DNA of 64,000 nt from the human T2T-CHM13v2.0 reference genome, Homo sapiens: assembly GCF_009914755.1 (NCBI RefSeq), contig NC_060925.1. The stretch is one strand, 5' to 3'. Under the pieces are notes generated by a model that searched no databases, had not been told where the DNA came from, and saw only the letters and a program-made list of their open reading frames with translations. Both the position numbers and the translations under genes were made by a program. This document shows, in pieces, positions 56,505 to 64,000 of the stretch. Position 1 is the first letter of the stretch. Every line of letters starts with the position of its first letter.

Positions 56505-59500
56505 ACTCTTACCATTGATTGCGTGGGGATTGTAAATGGTGACAATCTGTTGGTACCTTGGAGAGCTCCCAATAGCCTCTATCTTTGATTTGTTAAGGTG
56601 CTACTGAGGCTTTTTGTTGTCTTAGCTTTAGGCATACTTTATAAGCTCTGTCATCCTGGTGGATCTAAAAGGTAGTTAATGCAGCTGTACTTCAATTTGC
56701 TGTGTTAGGCTGTGTGGTACTCGGACATTATCTACATTCTGTTAAAACCTTTTGGCCTTCACACCAGATCTTAGGCAATATTTTTGGGTTCCTCAAAGTT
56801 TCCTATGCACTAAGGAGGATAGATAGGCTTATCAGTTCACAATGTTGGCACACTTTGTCTCCAGGGGAAAGAGCATTTTTTGGCACAGACAAAAGAAGTA
56901 TTGCCAAGAACAAGGTAGCATATGCTCAGATCCAATTAGTGGCAGAGACAATAAACACAGTAAGAGTTCAGAGAAGGAAGTTGTTTCTGAGGGCTATGGA
57001 ACAAGTGAAAAGCTCCATGCAATAGCAGGCCCTATAGTAATGAAAGCATTCAGGTGGAAGAGGGAATTCCAGGTGAAGGAAATGGTTAAGAACATTCTAT
57101 TGATTTCAATTGAAGACAATTACAAGGCAAAATTTTTATTTTTAATTAGCCTATAATCCACCTGAGGGAGAAAAGAACCATGAAAGCAGAAACCAACATT
57201 AGATCAACTACCATTTATGTAGTAAAAAGAGTAATAAGATATAGTGTAAACTTAATAATAATGTTTAGGAGATAAAGCCTTAGGAATAAAGGATCTGTGT
57301 TGGGTAGGGTTATTTAGGGCACTCTTGATTTCAGTTATTATTTTGTTTCTTATATTAGTACTTCATTACTATATGTGTCTCAAGTGGAGAGTTGAACTCA
57401 GGAAAACAGCCTCAGAAAGAAAAAGAAAAAAAATACTACATACTGATCTCAGTTATACATATTTTGATAATTAATAATGTGAATTGTTTCAGGCGGTTTA
57501 TTTTTTACCTTTTGTGCTGCCTACCCACTACTTTTCATATTCCAGCCAGCCTCTTGACTTTGGTGTTCTCCATTCTGAGAGACTGTCCATACAAGTATCC
57601 TCCATTAATGTGAAGTAGAGTTGCTTATACTTACAAAAAGTCCTAGAGGATAGAAAAACAATCAATAATGGGTGCAAATAATAGATAAACACTATTTTTG
57701 ATAGTATTCAGTAGGTCTCTTACCAAGTTATTTTCAGAATATCTCTAAAAAATATTAATCTAGCATCACAATACCTTAGAGTTGGAAGTGCTTCAGAGTT
57801 CATCTCATTTACCCCTTACTCAATCAGATAGCCATCCAACTTGCATCACTTCTGTGATTACTAGGTTCTGTCTGAACATTTTCAGATATGGAAAGCTTGC
57901 TACCCCCAAGGAAGCCATTCTGCTGTTGACCAACACTTAGAAAGGTATTGCATTAAACTAGAATTTGTCCCTATGACTTTAAATAGATTTTTCCAGTTTC
58001 TTTCCAAAGAAGCTACACCAACTGTGTCAATTCATACGTTTATTCAACAAAATGTACAGGTCATATAATATATGCAAGGAATTTTCTGAGCCCTACAAAT
58101 GATAACTTGATAAACATGGATATAATACTGTCTTCTATGAGAAGGCAGATTCTTAATACATTTTTTTGGATCAGTAAATAGATGGATAGATGAATCTTTT
58201 TCACCATTAAATAATGGTAAACTCTTGATATATAGGTAAAGTTGGTGTATTCCTTGGTAAGTGAAGGATGTGGAATGAGCATTTTAATATCCTAATATCC
58301 TCTAGAATGGTGATGTATTTTATTTCATAGCCTATCAGTGTAAAAAAGAGGCAAATACAATATTTATATATTTATTTTCAAATTATAAATATGAATTACT
58401 TAACTAAAGTATTATGTATATGAACTAAATAGATGTTTTTAAAGATTTAACATAAGTATATATAGCTATATATTTTAATAGTTTATACAGTGCCCTATAT
58501 AACCCACAAGTATGATTTATAGCTTTGTTAATTATTTAAATATACTGCCTTTCTAGAAAACCAGCATTTTAGTTGTCCATTACATCTTAGTTGTTTTCCT
58601 AACTGGAGTCAAGTGATCACAATATGGTAGCATTTAAGATTTGGCTTAAGAACATATTAGAACTCACCAAGTTTTTCAAAAAATAGGCTTTGAGACAATA
58701 TTAAGAAACAGAGTACTTCAAGGAAAGATGTGATAGAAGTAATTTATGAAAAACAATTTATATGAAAGCTTTGTACTTTCAATATAAAAGTACTATAGAA
58801 GTAAAACACTATAAAGATGGATAAAAAGGAGAAGTTTGAAACTGTCAAGTAAGCTAAATTCCTTATCTCTTTACAAGCCTAATAACCCAGTTGGAATAAC
58901 TCATAGAGTATAAATCTGGGATCTCATTAAAAATAAATATTTTCCAGTAACACAATGATGCAGAGGCAAAATGTATGAAATAGAAAATAAAAGAAAGAAA
59001 ATAATGACTTCATACTCTTCTTACCTATTGTCTGCTATGCCAGTTTGGATTACCACACCACAGGTTTAGCTTGAGACTGAACTCATAATTTCTTCCCAGA
59101 CTAATGTTTCCATGTGAGTTTCCTAATTCTGTGTATGGTGTCACCATTCTCTGGGTGTCCCAGGCCCCCAACTTTAAACTTAACCCCTGTTCCCCATTTC
59201 ATGACTAATTGTTTACCAAGTTATTTTGATTCTCTGCAATATCCAGCAAGCAAATTATCCCATGTACTTAGGTACAGTAAAAATTTAGGACCGCTAACAA
59301 CCACAGAGGTTTGTGCTTTAAGTTTAGTTGTGAGCTCTGAAAAATGTTAGAGTATTAAGTGTCAAACTTAAGATGGCAAGTCCATTTTCATAATTTAGTT
59401 TTTAGTTTCAATTTTGAAGAATCTCATCAAATGTATATGTCTCAGAATATAAACCTTTAATAATATAATTATTTTTCTGGTCAGTTACATGTTTTATTGT

Positions 59501-59879
59501 TTTCTTGATCCTTAGACTTACAACTTCAAATAAAAATGTAAATATCTGCAACATTTGGGCAATATTGCTTTATAAATGAAACTGTACATACAAGTTCAGT
59601 TTTTCACTTTTACAAACCTAGGAAATGCCCTTGAAGCATGAATGACAGTGTTTCCTCAAGAGGTTCACATCCTATTACAGTAGAAGGCATGGTCAGGACT
59701 CATGCCTACACTTTCAGCTTTGACCCACCCTGGCTTTGGATCTTGGGTAAATGGTTAGTCTCACTCAGAATAAAACTTATACTAGACTTTTCATGTCAAT
59801 GGTCCCTTTCTATGTCTAGCTAACATTGTGCCTCATGTCCTCTATTATCCCCATCTGGCCCTAATTAGGTGAGGCTGTA

Positions 59880-60200
59880 TCATGGCAGCATAGCTTCGGG
59901 ATTAAGCTCTCAGGCTTGAAGTCAGATTCTTTGGGTATATGTCCCTGTTCTGCTACCTATGGTAACAGGACAAAAGCATTTAATCTCTATGTTTTGTTGT
60001 CTGATTTGTAAAATGAGGTAATAATAACACTTAATTTATGGGTTTGTTGTGAGAATACCACAGGTTAATATATAAAAGTTCTGAGGACTAGCACATAATA
60101 ACTACTATGTGGTTGCTATTATTGATATTCATATAAAGCACTCAGCAATGTGCCTGGTATATAGTGTGTGCTCACTAAATATTAACTGTTATTCTCATTG
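59880..60200 (+). repeat. MIR fragments
   Basis: 'gaagtcagattc..tttgtaaaatgaggtaataataac..aaagcactcagcaatgtgcctgg'. Confidence 0.7.
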
Positions 60201-60579
60201 CCAGACTCCACTTCAATTTCTGTAAGCTTTATTTCAGACTTTGGTCACAAAACAAAATAGATGAAAGTATATCCTCATAACACAAATGCGTGTTCTTCAC
60301 CTCAACAAACCAACCAATTATGGCGTCCTGAGGGAGGGTGTGTGCGTCACCTTGCAATGTTGTAACATATGCCTGCAAAGGACTATTCTACAATACATGG
60401 CTCAGTAAACTTATGTTTTTCTTAACAGCTGCAAACTAAGATTTGTTTTGAATAATCCTATTAGTTTGTGCCAGTGTTACTGTGAAAGTGCATATTCAAA
60501 TTCTTGGCCTTTGTTTTACCTGTTAGCTTTAATGTATTTTACTTTTTAATATTATAATCTACTAAAATCTAAAAATATG

Positions 60580-62861
60580 TGTATTAATCTGTTTCATGCT
60601 GCTGATAAAGACATATCTGAGACTGGGAAGGAGAAGAGGTTTAACTGGACTTACCACATGGCTGCAGAGGCCTCAGAATCATGGCTGGAGGAAAAAGGCA
60701 CTTCTTACATGGCAGCAACAAGAGAAAAATGAGGAAGAAGCAAAAGCAGAAACCCCCGATAAACCCATCAGATTTTGTGAAACTTATTCCCTATCACAAG
60801 AGTAGCACGGGAAAGACTGGCCCCCATGAGTCAATTACCTCCCCCTGGGTCCCTCCCACAACATGTGGAAATTCTGGGACATACAATTCAAATTGAGATT
60901 TGGATTCAGACACAGCCAAACCATATCATTCTGTGCCCGGCCCCACCAAATCTCATGTCCTCACATTTCAAAACCAAACATGCCTTCCCAACAATCCCCT
61001 GAAGTCTTAACTCGTGACAGCATTAACCCAAAAATCCACAGTCCAAAGTCTCACCTGAGACAAGGCAAGTCCCTTCCACCTATGAGCCTGTAAAATCAAA
61101 AGCAAGCTAGTTACTTCCTAGATACAATGGAGGTACAGGCATTGGGTAAATATAGCCATTCCAAATGGGAGAGATTGGCCAAAACAAAGGGGTTATGGGG
61201 CCCATGCAAGTCCAAAATCCAACGGGGCAGTCAAATTTTAAAGCTCCAAAACGATCCCTGACTTTATGTCTCACATCCAGGTCACACTGATGCAAGGGGT
61301 GGGTTCCCATGGTCTTGGGCAGCTTCACCCCTGTGACTTTGCAGGGTACAGCCCTCCCTCCTGGCTGCTTTCACAGGTGGGTGTTGAGTATCTGCGACTT
61401 TTCCAGGCACATGGTGCAAGCTATCGGTGGATCTACCATTCTAGTGTCTGGAGGATGGTGGCCCTCTTCTCACAGCTCCACTAGACAGTGCCCCAGTAGG
61501 GACTCTGTGTGGGGGCTCCAACCCCACATTTCCCTTCTGCATTGCCCTAGCAGAGGTTCTCCATGAGGGTGCCGCCTCTGCAGCAAACTTTTGCCTGGGC
61601 ATGCGTGCATTTTCATACATCTTCTGAAATCTAGGCGGAGGTTCACAAACCTCAGTTCTTGAATTCTGTGCATCTCTGGGCTCAACATCAAGTGGAAGTT
61701 GCCAAAGCTTGGGGATTCCACCCTCTGAAGCCACAGCCTGAGCTGTTTGTTGGCTCCTTTCAGCCAAGGCTGGAGTGGCTGGGACACAGGGCACCAAGTA
61801 CCTAGGCTACACACAGCATAGGGAACCTGGGCCTAGTCCACAAAACCACCTTTTCTTCCTAAGCCTCAAGGCCTGTGATGGGAGGGGCTGCTGTGAAGGT
61901 CTCTGATGTGGCCTGGAGACATTTTCTCCATGGTTTTGGGGATTAACATTAGACTCCTTGCTACTTATGCAAATTTCTGCAGCCAGCTTGAATTTCTCCC
62001 CAGAAAATGGGTTTTTCTTTTCTATTGCATAGTCAGGCTGCAAATTTTCCAAACTTTTATGCTCTGCTTCCCTTATAAAATTGAATGCCTTTAACAACAC
62101 CAAAGTCACCTCTTGAACAGTTTGCTGCCTTAGAAATTTCTTCCATCAGATACCCTAAATCATCCTTTTTAGGTTCAAAGTTCCACAAATCTCTAGGGGA
62201 GGGGCAAAATGCCACCAGTCTTTTTGTTAAAACATAACAAGAGTCACCTTTGCTCCAGTTCCCAACAAGTTCCTCATCTCCATCTGAGACCACCTCAGCC
62301 TGAATTTTATTGTCCATATTGCTATCAGCATTTTGGGCAAAGCCATTCAAGAAGTCTCTAGGAAGTTCCAAATTTTCCCACATTTTCCTGTCTTCTTCTG
62401 AGCCTTTCAAACTGTTCCAACCTCTGCCTGTTACCCAGTTCCAAAGTCACTTCCACATTTTCAGATATCTTTTCAGCAACGCCCCACTCTACTGGTACCA
62501 ATTTACTGTATTAGTCCTTTTTCACACTGCTTATAAAGACATAACCAAGACTGGGAAGGAAAAAAAGTTTATTTAGACTTACAGTTCCACATGGCTGCAG
62601 AGGCCTCAGAATCATGGTGGGAGGTGAAAGGCACTTCTTACATAGTGGTGGCAAGAGAAAAATAAGGAAGAAGCAAAAGCAGAAACCCTTAATAAACCCA
62701 TCAGATTTCGTGAGACATATTCACTATCACGAGGGTAGCATGGGTAAGACCGGCTCCTGTGATTCAATTACCTCTCCCTGAGTCCCTCCCACAACACATG
62801 GAAATTCTAGGAGATACAATTCAAGCTGAGATTTGGGTGGGGACACAGCCAAACCATATCT
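60580..62861 (-). mobile_element. Full-length THE1A provirus: 3' LTR 60580-60928, internal 60929-62506, 5' LTR 62507-62861
   Basis: Two ~350-bp LTRs with THE1A-type 'gactgggaag..aaagcagaaaccc..aaacccatcag'; TSD ATATG/GTATG. Confidence 0.93.
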
Positions 62862-63495
62862 GTATGTGATTAGATAGGAAGCTTGCTCTAAGTTGGTAGA
62901 ATGTAATTTAATGCAAGAGAGTTTGAGTTGAAACAGTTTGAGATAAATATGATTTATATTACAAATATTTTACAGCAAACTTTTTCAATTTGTCATTATT
63001 GAAAATGTTTCAGATAAAAATGAAAGATGAAGAGTCTATTGACTCTTTTTTCTTAAGCTAAAATAGACAATACCAATATTAATTTATATATAGTATGTAT
63101 GAATGTTACTTTTGCTTTTTGATATGAAATATAAGTCATATGTTACTATAATAATAAGCACTACTGACAAAGTTTCTTCTTAATTGTAATCTTTACAGCA
63201 TAATGAATTCATCTTCCTACATCTAGACATGCAATAATGAAATATTTTAAATACTGAATTTAGGATGAATTTGATTTTATATATGCTTAAATTTGAAATA
63301 ACCACTTTCAAATTTCTCACCCAGTGATTATAACAATAAATGATCTTTGCTAGATATACAAAGGTACTTTCAAGCAATATTCCTTTTGTTGCTTACCACA
63401 ATTATGAAGTCTAATTTCAGAAATCTCAGATTAAGTGGGATAGTCAAGCATAGTGACAGAATTGGTATTTAAACCTGGACTGCTTCAATGCCTAA

Positions 63496-64000
63496 TCTGT
63501 TGAGGGTTTTTTTTTTTTTTTTTATCATGAAGGGATGTTGGATTTTATTGAAGGCTTTTTCTGCATCTATTGGGATGACCATATGGTTTTTGGTTTTGAT
63601 TCTGTTTATGGGGTGAATCACATTTATTTATTTGCATATGTTGAACCAACCTTGCATTCCAGGAATAAAGCCTACTTGATTGTGGTGAATAAACCTTTTG
63701 ATGTGCTGCTGGACCTGGTTTTCTAGTATTCTGTTGAGGATTTTTGCATCTATGTTCATCAGGGATATTGACCTGAAGTTCCCTTTTTTCAGTGTGTCTT
63801 TGCCAGATTTTGGTATCAGGAAGATGCTGGATTTGTAGGATGAGTTAGGGAGAAGCCCCTCCTCCTTGACTTTTTGAAAGGGCTTTGGTAGGATTAATAT
63901 CAGTTCTCCTTGCATGTCTGGTAGAAGTTGGCTGTGAAGCCATCTGTTCTGGGGCTTCTTTTGGTTGGTAGTTTTTGTAGTTTTTTAAATTACTGATTCA
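63496..64000 (-). mobile_element. L1 (L1PB/L1MA-like) ORF2 fragment, runs off the window
   Basis: Reverse peptide [40 protein letters not shown] is L1 ORF2. Confidence 0.9.

Overview
This is primate (very probably human) intronic DNA from the PDE4B locus, gene on the + strand. It is AT-rich, has no CpG island, and roughly half of it is interspersed repeat. The only credible coding sequence is the isoform-specific first coding exon of the long isoform PDE4B3 (ATG 26375, phase-2 donor after 26610). Three small uORFs precede it, one of which ends in an AUGA stop/start overlap with the main ATG. The other ORF-track entries fall in decayed L1, Alu, L2 or MaLR sequence, or are chance ORFs. Repeats include two L1PA 3' fragments, full-length MSTA-like and THE1A proviruses, an MLT1 element, a THE1 solo LTR nested in an AluJ, about ten Alus, MER5A, MER20 and many L2/MIR fragments. 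The most striking unexplained structure is at 44065-44744. It is a ~185-bp near-perfect non-Alu inverted repeat (inner 105 bp identical, 41-nt loop), created by a 451-bp composite insertion: inverted copy of the local flank + antisense L1M piece + AATAAA/A17 + mini-hairpin, bounded by an exact 25-bp duplication. Repeat subfamily names and most repeat boundaries are from recalled consensus sequences and are approximate; no searches were run.
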